Positions 17,794 through 27,534 of a stretch of DNA of 64,000 nt are shown one piece after another (the stretch's first letter is position 1; each line of letters starts with the position of its first letter). The notes beneath the pieces are model-generated. The model was not told where the DNA came from. It was given only the letters and a program-made list of their open reading frames with translations, and searched no databases. The stretch is from NCBI GenBank assembly GCA_963801935.1, contig CAWDHA010000035.1, positions 8,852 to 72,851 on the forward strand, in the 5' to 3' direction. The DNA comes from an uncultured delta proteobacterium. GTDB taxonomy: Bacteria > Desulfobacterota > Binatia > UBA9968. A program made the translations under genes and the position numbers.

Positions 17794-19053
17794 TCACGCC
17801 TTCAACTGCGCCGCCACGCTATACATCTCATCTGCCGTCGTGATCACCCGGGAGTTCATCTGAAAGGCGCGTTGTGACATCAGCATCGTGACGAATTCCG
17901 CGGCGAGATCTACCGTCGATAGCTCCAAGGTTCCGGACACGATGTCGCCACGGCCACCGCTCCCCGCCAGCCCCAACTGGGCCGCGCCCGATTCGGCGCT
18001 GGCTAAAAAAAGCGTATCGCCGAACGGCTCGAGCCCATCGGCACTTGTGAAACGCGCTAACTGGACGGTGTCGATGAGCTGCGAGTTGCCATTGCTGTAA
18101 AATCCTCGCAGGTTGCCCCTGCCATCGATATCGATGGATATCAAGTCGCCCGGCGCCCGGCCATTTTGCACCAGGCTGTTGAGCGTTGACGCCCCGGCAT
18201 ACTGCGTGGAGTTAGTGAAGCCCGGCGTCACGCTCTGACTTGCCGGGACGGCGCCCTGAGCGTTGGCTGACCAGGCGATAGGACCAACAGTGTTGATGAT
18301 TGAAGATCCGGTATTCAGCTTGCCGGCATTGGAAAAATCGAGCAAACCGTTACCGACCTCTTGCAAATCCCCCGCCGTACCCCCGACCTCCGCGCCATTG
18401 GCAACAACACGATATTCCCATAGGCCCGGATTGGCGGCAGTGGGCGTCCTGCGGAACAGATAAGTCAGATCATGGCCCTGGCCAAGAGAATCGAATACCG
18501 TCGCGACGGTGGAAAAATTGGCGGCGCCGGACCACGTTGCCGGCAGGGCCGAACCGCCTGGAAACCCTGTAGCAGGGGTTGTCGAAGCAGCATCCAAATT
18601 GACTGCCTGGCCGAGTGTCGTCGTCGCCTGCGCCGGCTGGGTTTGTTGTCCCGCCAGCGAAATATTTCCCGCCGCCCCCTGGAGAAAATAGCCCGCAGGA
18701 TTAACCAGGTTACTGGCCTCGTCGGGGTTAAACTCGCCGGCGCGGCTGTAGTAGCTCGCGCCTGCGCCGTCGCTCAGAACAAAAAAACCGTTGCCGCCGA
18801 TGGCGAGATCGGTCGCATTGGTCGTCGATTCCAACGCGCCCTGGGTGAAGACCGGGTCCGAATCGACCACAAACACGCCATGGCCGGTTTCGATCTCGCC
18901 ATACGCAGTTGTCATGAGATCCGCAAAATCGACGCGCGACGCTTTGAAACCGGCGGTGTTGAGATTGGCGATATTGTGCCCCACCGTTGCCATCGAAACA
19001 CCAAAGGCGTCCAATGCTGTGCTTGCCGTATACATGGATCCAGTGATTGACAT
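17794..19053 (-). CDS. flgE: flagellar hook protein FlgE (paralog 2)
   Basis: The N-terminus VGHNIANLNTAGFKASR and the C-terminus LELSTVDLAAEFVTMLMSQRAFQMNSR match hook termini. It shares the identical 24-aa block ANFSTVATVFDSLGQGHDLTYLFR with paralog 1. Confidence 0.8.
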   Translation of the reverse strand: MSITGSMYTASTALDAFGVSMATVGHNIANLNTAGFKASRVDFADLMTTAYGEIETGHGVFVVDSDPVFTQGALESTTNATDLAIGGNGFFVLSDGAGASYYSRAGEFNPDEASNLVNPAGYFLQGAAGNISLAGQQTQPAQATTTLGQAVNLDAASTTPATGFPGGSALPATWSGAANFSTVATVFDSLGQGHDLTYLFRRTPTAANPGLWEYRVVANGAEVGGTAGDLQEVGNGLLDFSNAGKLNTGSSIINTVGPIAWSANAQGAVPASQSVTPGFTNSTQYAGASTLNSLVQNGRAPGDLISIDIDGRGNLRGFYSNGNSQLIDTVQLARFTSADGLEPFGDTLFLASAESGAAQLGLAGSGGRGDIVSGTLELSTVDLAAEFVTMLMSQRAFQMNSRVITTADEMYSVAAQLKA

Positions 19054-19066
19054 GGCAACTCCTCTA

Positions 19067-19726
19067 TCAGTGAATCGCGGTTACCGCGCTCAACGAAATT
19101 CTCAGTTGGCCGATTTCCAAAACCGGTTCGGGTCCTTCCAGATTGACGCCGGTGACCACGCCGCGCACGTGCTTGGTCACCGGCACGGCGCTGCCGGAAC
19201 CATCCGCAGCGGTAACCTCGAAACTGTAGACACCGGGCGGCATTCTCTGGCCGAGATTGTTTTCACCGTCCCATGTCATATTCTGCGCTCCAGCGTTCTG
19301 GCTGCCGGCTTCCAGCTGGCGCACGACTGCGCCGCCGCTATTCAACACCTTCACGGTAACCTTGGCCGCGTTGCCCGCCAGTTCATAATAGAAGCCGGCG
19401 TCGCCGCTCGCACCAAGATTCACCTCGTTGCCTTTGCCGACCACCTGTTTGCCGATCAGCGCAGCGCTATTCAACTGACTGGCAAGCCCCTGCTGGCTCG
19501 CGAAACTCTCGAGCTTTTCATTCATACCGACAAGCTGTTCCAAACTATTGAACGTCGCCAACTGCACCGCGAACTCCTGGTTGTCCATCGGGCTCAAAGG
19601 GTCCTGGTTCTGCAACTGGGCGATCAATAATTTCATGAAATCGTCGCGGCTGATTTCCCCCCCGGCTTTAGCTGGCGCCGCCTGCGCCGCAGGCGCCAGA
19701 GCGCCGCCGATATTTTGAATCGCCAT
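19067..19726 (-). CDS. flgD: flagellar hook assembly/capping protein FlgD
   Basis: DDFMKLLIAQLQNQDPLSPMDNQEFAVQLATFNSLEQL is the FlgD signature. The position upstream of flgE fits. Confidence 0.9.
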   Translation of the reverse strand: MAIQNIGGALAPAAQAAPAKAGGEISRDDFMKLLIAQLQNQDPLSPMDNQEFAVQLATFNSLEQLVGMNEKLESFASQQGLASQLNSAALIGKQVVGKGNEVNLGASGDAGFYYELAGNAAKVTVKVLNSGGAVVRQLEAGSQNAGAQNMTWDGENNLGQRMPPGVYSFEVTAADGSGSAVPVTKHVRGVVTGVNLEGPEPVLEIGQLRISLSAVTAIH

Positions 19727-19798
19727 TAGAATTTTACCTCGCGCCCTGCCTGGTTAAGAATTCGGAACTTTGATACAAAGCGCACAAAGGCATGAACT

Positions 19799-19847
19799 AG
19801 AAAATTTCGCATTTGCGAATTGCTGAGTTGCCATTGCGAAATTTTCT
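19799..19847. repeat. AT-rich perfect 13-bp inverted repeat in the fliK-flgD gap
   Basis: AGAAAATTTCGCA (19799-19811) and TGCGAAATTTTCT (19835-19847) pair perfectly. The repeat shares the 11-mer ATTGCGAAATT with the core of the MITE-1 copies. Confidence 0.6.
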
Positions 19848-19948
19848 TTGTGACCTTGTGCTTCTGTGCGCTAAATTTCTTCCCTTATTCTTGCTTGCGG
19901 ATTTTGCCGCTCTCGGCTCTCTGCCGCTGGATTCTTTGCTGCTCCATT

Positions 19949-21655
19949 TTACGCCCACATGCTTACCGTTCCCGCCTGCAGTCGGTTGGCGGGACTTTGT
20001 CTGGGCTCGGGCTCTGGCGCATTACCTTTGCCCGGTGAATTAAACTCGTCGGCCGTCTGGCGCCCGCGATCGGATTGCTGCCCGGCTTCTTGCCCAACGC
20101 CGCCAAAGCCCGTCCAGGCGCCGCTGTCGACGCGCACATCGACCAGCTCAACCCGGCTCTCGCCGAGCGCCTGGCGCAGCTCGGGTAGATGCATTTCGAT
20201 CAGCGCCCGCGATTCCTGGGTTTCGGTGACAATCCGCGCCGCCAACTTATCGCCGTCCATAACCAGGTCGATTTGCAACTTGCCGAGTTCGGGCGGATCG
20301 AGCTGCAGCACCGCTTGCTGTTTGCCGATGCGGATTTGACCGCTGATTTCACCGATCACCTGATCGATGATAGGGCGCCAATGACCCGCCTGGGTTTCAG
20401 GTCGCATCGCTGCCGGCAGTTTGCCTGTGCTATTTTCGAGCTCAAAATGGAGCGCCTCGCGCGCAAGATTTTCCGCCGTAGTCGTGGCAGCGCTTGGCGC
20501 TGATGCAGGCAAAAATTCCTCCCGATCATGCTCATGGAAGTCATGTTCTTCGGCGCCGCTCTCGAACTCGCGCATTTGACGGATGCTGCTATCGAGCGCC
20601 GCCGAGAGCGCGCCATGCGGCTCGCTGTCACTCCGCGCTTCTGATGAATCGACCGGTGCCGCTCGGCCATCACCGGCGCTTGAGTGTTCGCCGTGGGGCG
20701 CTCCGAACGGCGCAAACAAATCACCTGCCGCGGGGACTGCCTGAGCGCTGGTGTTATTCGCTACGCCGGTAACTCGTGATTCAGCGGCGCTTGCCAATAT
20801 CAGTTGATCCAAAGCTTCAGTCGCGCTCGCCGCAGAGTTACCGACATCGGCAGGCGCTTGAACGGGTTCCATCGGAACTGCGGCGCGCATGTCTTCGGCG
20901 CCGCGCCGCAGTCCGGCTTGCACTTGCTGATTGTCGCTACCCTTGCCGGGAAAATTGATCGCGTCCGAACCCACCGGTAGAGCGTTCGCGCTGAGCAATG
21001 CTTTCGCTCCGCCAACCGCGTCCGCTGGTCGCGCGATCATCGTCGCGCTTGAGTTGCTTACGTCGAACCGTGAACTCTCCGGCGAGATCCACGGCGACTC
21101 TGCCACTGTGGCCGAGTCCTCTGTGTCCTGTTTGTCGGCGTCGCCCGCATGGGGCAGTTTCTCGCTGCCGTCGAGCGCCGCCGCTTGAGCGTAGGGTGAC
21201 ATTCTTTGCGGGAAAGATAGCTCTGCGCTAACTGCTACCGCGGCGCCTGCCGCGCTCGGCTCGGCGCGGCCCGCGCTCCGGTAGCCATCGCTCATCAATG
21301 ATCCAGCCATGGGCTCGGTTGTGACCGCATCGAAAGCTTCGGCCGTTCCCCCAGCTTCGGCGCGAGCCGTGGTTATCGATGATTCGGCAGTCTCCAGCCC
21401 GGGCGTGTTCGGCGCAAGCGGCGCAAGCAACAAAAACAGCAGCGCGGCGAAATCAGCGGTTTGAGCGCCGCCCGGATCGATGGCGGCGCTGCCAGTCGGC
21501 GCCTCGCCAGCGATCTCACCGGATGAAGAAATGGTCCTGGTACTCATGCGCTCGCAGAAGGGAGCAAGGCGGATGCCAGCGCGCTCGACCGCTCTCTCTG
21601 GCGCGACCACGGACAATCTCACCCGAGCCCGAGGCTCGGAAGAGATTGCTGGCAT
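19949..21655 (-). CDS. fliK: flagellar hook-length control protein FliK (start uncertain)
   Basis: C-terminal block LQLDPPELGKLQIDLVMDGDKLAARIVTETQESRALIEMHLPELRQAL. The N-terminal two thirds are A/S/P-rich low complexity. It lies between fliJ and flgD. Confidence 0.75.
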   Translation of the reverse strand: MPAISSEPRARVRLSVVAPERAVERAGIRLAPFCERMSTRTISSSGEIAGEAPTGSAAIDPGGAQTADFAALLFLLLAPLAPNTPGLETAESSITTARAEAGGTAEAFDAVTTEPMAGSLMSDGYRSAGRAEPSAAGAAVAVSAELSFPQRMSPYAQAAALDGSEKLPHAGDADKQDTEDSATVAESPWISPESSRFDVSNSSATMIARPADAVGGAKALLSANALPVGSDAINFPGKGSDNQQVQAGLRRGAEDMRAAVPMEPVQAPADVGNSAASATEALDQLILASAAESRVTGVANNTSAQAVPAAGDLFAPFGAPHGEHSSAGDGRAAPVDSSEARSDSEPHGALSAALDSSIRQMREFESGAEEHDFHEHDREEFLPASAPSAATTTAENLAREALHFELENSTGKLPAAMRPETQAGHWRPIIDQVIGEISGQIRIGKQQAVLQLDPPELGKLQIDLVMDGDKLAARIVTETQESRALIEMHLPELRQALGESRVELVDVRVDSGAWTGFGGVGQEAGQQSDRGRQTADEFNSPGKGNAPEPEPRQSPANRLQAGTVSMWA

Positions 21656-21735
21656 TGGTGGGAAATCTGGTTTAAGAGAACGTCTTCGTCATCCAGACCA
21701 CGGGAGCCCAGAGCGCAGGCGAGATGGAGTTACAT

Positions 21736-22194
21736 TCAGCCCGGAATTTTCTTCCGCTGCTCCGGCTGCACATATTTCCGCTGGGCGATTTCGTCGTTAA
21801 AGCGCTGCTCGGCGCCGTTTTGCGCCCGCCAATAACGCTCTTCATGGCGTTGGCGCAGTTGCTCCAAGGACTTGATCGCGCGCATCGCTTCGACCAACTG
21901 AGCGCGTTTCTCGGCAATCGTTTCATCGAAGCGGGCGACGGCAGCGCGTTTGGCTTTGATGCGCTTAGCCAGCGACAGGTCATGTTCAGCGAGCAGCTTG
22001 AGCTCGTGGGCCGTGAAGATTTGCCGTTCGCCGATCATCGCGCTGCTGCCCAGCAGTTGTTTTTCCAGGTCGTCGATTTCAACCAGCAATTGTTGCCGGG
22101 TGTCGTATAAGGCACGGAGCTCCCACTGCTTCTGGTTTTTCATATGCTCGCGCAGACGGAGCACGGCGGCCAGGGGAAATTTGAATGAAGCCAT
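21736..22194 (-). CDS. fliJ: flagellar export chaperone FliJ
   Basis: 152-aa coiled-coil ORF starting MASFKFPLAAVLRLREH, immediately downstream of fliI. Confidence 0.7.
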   Translation of the reverse strand: MASFKFPLAAVLRLREHMKNQKQWELRALYDTRQQLLVEIDDLEKQLLGSSAMIGERQIFTAHELKLLAEHDLSLAKRIKAKRAAVARFDETIAEKRAQLVEAMRAIKSLEQLRQRHEERYWRAQNGAEQRFNDEIAQRKYVQPEQRKKIPG

Positions 22195-22206
22195 CGCCTT
22201 TAAGCT

Positions 22207-23520
22207 TCAGGCAAGCAAATCGCCGAGCGCCCGCACGCTCTCATCGACCGTGGCATCGTCATGTTGATCTTGGCGCAAAAAACTGCGGATGCGCGGCAGC
22301 AGCGCTAGCGCGCGATCGACATCGGCATTGGCGCCTTTGCTGTAGGCGCCGATCTGAATCAGATCTTCGGCATCGCGATACGCAGCCATCAGCCGGGTGA
22401 GTTCGGCCGCCAGCCCCTGATGCTCTCTACTGGTGACGCGGCTGCGTATGCGACTCACCGATGACAGGATATCGATGGCGGGAAAATGGCCTTGCTCGGC
22501 AAGCCGCCGGGAGAGATGAATATGGCCGTCGGTCAGGGAACGAACGGCATCGGCGATCGGCTCGTAGGGATCATCGCCTTCCATGAGCACAGTGTACAGG
22601 CCGGTGATACTGCCCATCTTTTTCCAGCTGCCGGCGCGTTCGAGGAGCCTCGGCAGGAGCGCGAAAACCGACGGTGTATAGCCTTTGGTCGAGGGCGGTT
22701 CGCCGGCCGCGAGCCCCACCTCCCTTTGTGCCATGGCGAATCGGCTCAGCGAATCCATCAGCAACAAAACATCCTGACCCGAATCGCGAAAGTATTCGGC
22801 AATGGCGGTGGCGATAAAAGCGCCGCGCACGCGCAGCAAAGGCGGCGTTTCCGACGTTGCTGCAACGACCACCATCCGTTCACGTTCGTTGGCCGGCAAA
22901 GTTCGGGCGACGAACTCTTCCACCTCTCTGCCGCGCTCGCCGATTAATGCGATAATTTTAACGTCGGCGCGGGTGTTGCGGGCAATCATCGCCAGCAGGG
23001 TGCTTTTGCCAACGCCGGCCCCTGCCATGATTGCCATCCGTTGCCCCTTGCCACAGGTAATCATCGCGTTGACTGCGCGGATTCCCGTATCTAATGGTTC
23101 GTGAATCTCTTGGCGGTCGAGGGGGTTTGAAGACGCCCGGTAGACCGGATAAGTGCGGGCAGCGATAAAGCCTCTGCCGTCCATCGGCCGGCCGAGCCCG
23201 TCAATAATGCGCCCCAGCAGCTCCGGTCCAACCGGGTAGTGCGCTTCTTTCGCCAAAGCCACGACCCGGCAACCTGGCCCGACACCGCGCAAATCCGCCA
23301 GCGGCATCATCAGAGTTTGCTCGCCGCGGAAACCTACGACTTCCGCCGGCACCGGTGTGCCACCGCCGACCGGCTCGAGATGGCAAGATCCACCTATAGG
23401 AAGCCAGGGACCGCGGCTTGCGACCAGCAGCCCGGTGATTTCACTCACCGTGCCCGATATTCGAAACGGCGAAACGGTTTTCAGCCGCTCGCGATACGGT
23501 TCTAACAACGGTTCTTTCAT
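22207..23520 (-). CDS. fliI: flagellum-specific ATP synthase FliI
   Basis: Walker A GAGVGKST. T3SS-ATPase blocks LLMDSLSRFAMAQREVGLAAGEPP and ITGLYTVLMEGDD. Confidence 0.95.
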   Translation of the reverse strand: MKEPLLEPYRERLKTVSPFRISGTVSEITGLLVASRGPWLPIGGSCHLEPVGGGTPVPAEVVGFRGEQTLMMPLADLRGVGPGCRVVALAKEAHYPVGPELLGRIIDGLGRPMDGRGFIAARTYPVYRASSNPLDRQEIHEPLDTGIRAVNAMITCGKGQRMAIMAGAGVGKSTLLAMIARNTRADVKIIALIGERGREVEEFVARTLPANERERMVVVAATSETPPLLRVRGAFIATAIAEYFRDSGQDVLLLMDSLSRFAMAQREVGLAAGEPPSTKGYTPSVFALLPRLLERAGSWKKMGSITGLYTVLMEGDDPYEPIADAVRSLTDGHIHLSRRLAEQGHFPAIDILSSVSRIRSRVTSREHQGLAAELTRLMAAYRDAEDLIQIGAYSKGANADVDRALALLPRIRSFLRQDQHDDATVDESVRALGDLLA

Positions 23521-23545
23521 GGGTCGTGGCTCGTATAACTGCTTC

Positions 23546-23631
23546 GTTCAAGGTTCAAGGTTTTGAAATTGAACCCGAGATTTCTCGTCCGAGTCTTAAA
23601 TCTTTGAACCTTGAACTTTGAACTTTGAACC
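23546..23631. repeat. TTGAAC-repeat hairpin element, copy 1 (fliI-fliH gap)
   Basis: GTTCAAGGTTCAAGG (23546-23560) pairs with CTTTGAACCTTGAAC (23602-23616) with one mismatch. Flanking TTGAAC units are tandemly reiterated. Confidence 0.6.
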
Positions 23632-24413
23632 TATAGTTCCCGGCTGACTCCCGCGCCTGGGGCGGTGCTCGGCAATAAATCCGCAATGTGCGTCTCGCTC
23701 TCCCCGTCCAAGAGTTGGCGACGAAGCTCAGCCAACTGGGTTGGAACGGTGGCGTCAACCACGCCAATCTCGGTCTCCAGTCGGCAGCCGCCGCGGCTCA
23801 AGTCGCGATCGGCGACGACCTCTATGGCGCGCCCGCCGTCATGCTTCATGGTTAACAGATCGGGACGCATTTGGGCGAGCAGCTGGTGATCTGCGGCATT
23901 GAGATGAACCCGAATCCGGCGCGCGTCTGTGACTTCTTGGCGCGCCCGCTCGAACACCGCGGCGACAATTTCCGGTTCCGCCGTTAACGTCTTATCGACG
24001 ATCTTTTCGGCGATCTCGAGCGCCAATCGCACCATTTCCGGCGTGTAGCGCGCCACCATCTGTTCTTCGAAGACGATCAGCGCCTGGCCGGCATTAGCAA
24101 AAGCCACGGCCGCCGCCAGCGTTTCCTGCTTGGCCTCCTCGCGCCCCTCAAGAGCGCCCTCAGAACGCGACTGTTCACGGATCTTATCCGCTGCCGCTTG
24201 GGCTTCCCTGACCAGATCGGCGGCGCTTTCCTGCGCGTCTAACAATAGCAAGTACGGTCCGAGCTTGACTAAATCTAGAGACGCCAGTTCGACGGATTGA
24301 TCGGCGGGCGGATCTGGTATAGCGCTCCGCTCGCCATCGGCAATCTGCGGACCTGAGTCATAGGGCTGGATATCACCAGCGTGCAAGCGGTCCCGTGACA
24401 ATCTTCTAGACAA
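23631..24413 (-). CDS. fliH: flagellar assembly protein FliH
   Basis: 260 aa, between fliG and fliI, overlapping the fliG stop by 8 nt. A central charged/Ala-rich helix is followed by a C-terminal FliH/V-ATPase-E-like region (RIRVHLNAADHQLL...GGCRLETEIGVVDAT). Confidence 0.75.
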   Translation of the reverse strand: MSRRLSRDRLHAGDIQPYDSGPQIADGERSAIPDPPADQSVELASLDLVKLGPYLLLLDAQESAADLVREAQAAADKIREQSRSEGALEGREEAKQETLAAAVAFANAGQALIVFEEQMVARYTPEMVRLALEIAEKIVDKTLTAEPEIVAAVFERARQEVTDARRIRVHLNAADHQLLAQMRPDLLTMKHDGGRAIEVVADRDLSRGGCRLETEIGVVDATVPTQLAELRRQLLDGESETHIADLLPSTAPGAGVSREL

Positions 24414-25437
24414 GCACGTCCTCCTTGTTCCTGCCGGCGCTCAAGACGACCTTCCCTTCGCTTTCCAGCCGCCGCACCAGATCGATGACTTCCCTCTGAG
24501 CCACTTCGACGTCACGCAGGCGCACCGGTCCGAGCGACTCAATTTCTTCCTTGAGCAACGCGCCCGCGCGCTCTGACATGTTGCTGAAAATCTTCTTTTT
24601 CAAGTTCGGGCTGGCGGTGCGCATACTCATCACCCACTTGTCTTTTTCAACTTCGCGCACCAGCACCTGCATACTCTGATCATCAATCTTGCCCAGGTCT
24701 TCGAAGGTAAACATCAGCTGGCGAATACTATTCGAGAGTTCAGGCTCGTATTCGGTCAGTCCCTCCATAACTCGGGTTTCGGTGGCGTTGTCGACGAAGT
24801 TGAGAATCTCGGCCACCGGCTTAACGCCGCCGACCTGCTTCCCCTGCACCTGACGAATCTCGTTTCTGAGGACCTTGCTCACCTCTTCGATCGCGCCGGG
24901 TGAGGTGCTGCCGAGCCGGGTGATGCGATAAGCCACTTCGGTTTGTTTGTCATCCGGTATCAGCGCAAATACTTCACCCGCATGAGCCGGGTAAAGATGG
25001 GCAAGAATGAACGCGACCGTCTGGGGATGCTCGTCTTTTAGAAACTGCGCCATGGTTTTCGCGTCCATCTCGTGGAGCGCATCGACGCCGTAGTTGTCGT
25101 CGCCGCTGTCTTCCTGAAAGATACGGCTGAGCACGGCATTGGCTTTTTCCGGTCCCATGGCTTTGGTTAGCACCCGCTGCAGATAATCATTGGTGCCTTC
25201 AGCAAAAATATTGGCTTTTTTTAAATGCCGGCACGCGTCCTCGAAAACTTCGTCTATATCTTCCGGAGTGATCTGCGACATGCGGTGCACGCCCTGGCGC
25301 AGCATGATCAACTCTTTTTCCTGGAGCTCGCCGCAGAGCGAGGTCGCGAGTTCTTCGCCGACCAGGGCTATGAAGATTGCGGCTTTCTCCGGACCGGTCA
25401 ATGTCGATGCGGTTCTTTTCTTCGGTTCTTCACTCAT
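24406..25437 (-). CDS. fliG: flagellar motor switch protein FliG
   Basis: LTGPEKAAIFIALVGEE at the N-terminus, MFTFEDL, and the C-terminal torque-helix region MSERAGALLKEEIESLGPVRLRDVEVAQREV. Confidence 0.95.
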   Translation of the reverse strand: MSEEPKKRTASTLTGPEKAAIFIALVGEELATSLCGELQEKELIMLRQGVHRMSQITPEDIDEVFEDACRHLKKANIFAEGTNDYLQRVLTKAMGPEKANAVLSRIFQEDSGDDNYGVDALHEMDAKTMAQFLKDEHPQTVAFILAHLYPAHAGEVFALIPDDKQTEVAYRITRLGSTSPGAIEEVSKVLRNEIRQVQGKQVGGVKPVAEILNFVDNATETRVMEGLTEYEPELSNSIRQLMFTFEDLGKIDDQSMQVLVREVEKDKWVMSMRTASPNLKKKIFSNMSERAGALLKEEIESLGPVRLRDVEVAQREVIDLVRRLESEGKVVLSAGRNKEDVLV

Positions 25438-25520
25438 CGCTATTGCCTCCGAGGCGAGCGCCGTTGCCGGCAGTCAAGCTGCAGCTCGGCCGCGCTCAAG
25501 CGCCGGCGCTCGCACCCTTG

Positions 25521-26375
25521 CTAGCGGCCGCCCGCCGCCGCCGCCTGCGCCCGCGCCTTGTTGGCATCTTCCTGCAGCCACCCGCGAATGATACGCGTGG
25601 TGGCATCGTGATAGTCTCGGGCGATCTGGGTGAGCTGCTCTTTGCGCGGGTCTTCCACCATGATGACTTTTTGCGCCACTACCGCGACCTCTTCCTGCAC
25701 CTGGGCGCTCGTCGCCGTCGTTATCGCCGTTTCGCTGACCGGCGTTGATTGCGCCACCGCTGGCTTCGAGCGGCGTTTCATCAACAGAAAAATCACGACG
25801 CCAACGATCAGCACCGCGCCGGCGGCGACGCCGAGGCCGATCGGAGTCCGGACCATGTCTTTGAGATTGGGCGGCGCAATAGGCGGCGCCGGCAGCGCCG
25901 GTTGAATTTTGAACGGCACATTGGCGACTTCGATCTGATCGCCCCGCGCCGCGTCAAAGCCGACGGCGCGTTTGACCATACCTGTGATGACTTCGATCTC
26001 GTCTTTGGCGCGCGCGATATACTTATCTTTCTGATAAGTGCCGTCAACCAGCACGGCGACGGAAAGCTTCTGCACCTGACCGCGTGGTTCCATGACGCGG
26101 CTCGTGGTCCGGCCGACTTCGTAGGTCACCATTTCGCTGCTGCGTTTAGTAGCCGTCTCAGCGGCCGTTCGCCCGGCCTCGCCGCCGGGAATGTTAGACT
26201 GGACGCCCGGCACGCCGCCGCCTTTAAGACCGGAGTCATCCAGCGCCTGGCGCTGGCTGCGCACGACCCGGTTCTGCGGGTCGAATTGCTCCTTGGTCAT
26301 TTGCGTCTCTTGCGGATTGATCTGGACATTGGCGCGCACCACGACTTTGCCCGTTCCTAACACCGGGTCGAGCAT
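25521..26375 (-). CDS. fliF: flagellar M-ring protein FliF, C-terminal fragment (gene split by a frameshift near 26376-26410; full span 25521..27141)
   Basis: MLDPVLGTGKVVVRANVQI... plus a C-terminal TM segment and the FliG-binding tail. The same frame upstream reads EQEIERRIET, joining the upstream fragment. Confidence 0.85.
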   Translation of the reverse strand: MLDPVLGTGKVVVRANVQINPQETQMTKEQFDPQNRVVRSQRQALDDSGLKGGGVPGVQSNIPGGEAGRTAAETATKRSSEMVTYEVGRTTSRVMEPRGQVQKLSVAVLVDGTYQKDKYIARAKDEIEVITGMVKRAVGFDAARGDQIEVANVPFKIQPALPAPPIAPPNLKDMVRTPIGLGVAAGAVLIVGVVIFLLMKRRSKPAVAQSTPVSETAITTATSAQVQEEVAVVAQKVIMVEDPRKEQLTQIARDYHDATTRIIRGWLQEDANKARAQAAAAGGR

Positions 26376-26403
26376 GGTTTCGATGCGCCGTTCGATTTCC
26401 TGT

Positions 26404-27141
26404 TCATGCTTTGAGCTTCAGTTGATTGAGCTTTTCCGCCTCGCTGCCCGCCGCCGCCGCGACAATCTCTTTCAGCGGCCGGCCGGAGCTGTCGATCACC
26501 GTGACCTTGTCGGCGCTCAGTTTCGCGACCGAGCTGGCGACCAGATTGACGATGCCCTGCACCTGGTCGGGACTGAGATGGTACCCAGGCCTCAAGTCCA
26601 CCACCACCGACGCCGAAGGCTTCTCTTCCTGTCCGAGAAAATTGGTTCGCGCCGGCAGCGCCAGATGGACGCGACTCGACTGCACCGCTGAAAGCGAATT
26701 GATGGTGCGCGACAGTTCGCCCTGGAGCGCGCGCAGATAGTTTACCTGTTGCGTGAATTCGCTGACTCCGAAGGGGGTTTTCTCAAAAATTTCGAAGCCG
26801 ATGCCGCTTCCGGCAGGGATGCCCTTGCCGGCGAGTTTCAAGCGCGTCGAATAGACGATTGCGCCCGGCACTTCGATCGCGGTGCCGCCGGCCGAAAGAA
26901 TGTAAGGAATTTTTGCCGCTTCCAACTCCTTGACGATCGCCGCGCCATCCTGCGATGACAGGTTGGAAAAAAGCGGCGCATAGCTGATGCGGTCATAAGC
27001 GCGATGGCCGGCGTAGGCGAGGCATAGAAAGAGCGGCACGCCAATGAACAACAAACGTTTTTGGCGCGGTGAAAGAAACTCAAGGAGACGCCTGAGCGTT
27101 TCCTTGAGGTCGTTAAAAAAATGGACCAGTTGTTCAGGCAC
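26404..27141 (-). CDS. fliF: flagellar M-ring protein FliF, N-terminal fragment
   Basis: N-terminal TM segment, then YAPLFSNLSSQDGAAIVKELEAAKIPY...VYSTRLKLAGKGIP...YLRALQGELSRTI, typical of the FliF/YscJ fold. GTG start. Confidence 0.85.
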   Translation of the reverse strand: MPEQLVHFFNDLKETLRRLLEFLSPRQKRLLFIGVPLFLCLAYAGHRAYDRISYAPLFSNLSSQDGAAIVKELEAAKIPYILSAGGTAIEVPGAIVYSTRLKLAGKGIPAGSGIGFEIFEKTPFGVSEFTQQVNYLRALQGELSRTINSLSAVQSSRVHLALPARTNFLGQEEKPSASVVVDLRPGYHLSPDQVQGIVNLVASSVAKLSADKVTVIDSSGRPLKEIVAAAAGSEAEKLNQLKLKA

Positions 27142-27204
27142 GTTTTAACTTGCTAAGGACCTGGAGTTGGTTGCTGATTCTCGGGGCTCGGCGTCGATGC
27201 GATC

Positions 27205-27501
27205 TTAAACCTGCATGCGCATGATTTCCTGATAAGCTTCCAAGACTTTATTGCGAATCTGCATCATCAGACGAAACGAAACGTCTGCTTTTTCCAGCGC
27301 CACCATGGTATCTTGCAGGTCGCCCTTGCCTTCTCCAACCAGCTGTTGGATCGCCTGATCCGCCTTTTGTTGCAACTCGTTGACTTCGCCGAGCGCCTTG
27401 TTCAGATGGGCGCCAAAGTCGCCGGTTGCGCCTTCCTTGGCCGGCGCTTGCGCCGGCGGCCCGTTCAGGTTCAGCAGTTCGACGCCTTTGATAGTGTTCA
27501 T
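27205..27501 (-). CDS. fliE: flagellar hook-basal body complex protein FliE
   Basis: 98 aa from ATG 27501 (GGGAG RBS). C-terminus DLQDTMVALEKADVSFRLMMQIRNKVLEAYQEIMRMQV. The track ORF 27205..27729 runs through the intergenic MITE fragment into the flgC 3' end. Confidence 0.8.
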   Translation of the reverse strand: MNTIKGVELLNLNGPPAQAPAKEGATGDFGAHLNKALGEVNELQQKADQAIQQLVGEGKGDLQDTMVALEKADVSFRLMMQIRNKVLEAYQEIMRMQV

Positions 27502-27534
27502 CTCTTGGATACTCCCTGTAACAGCATCAACGAT

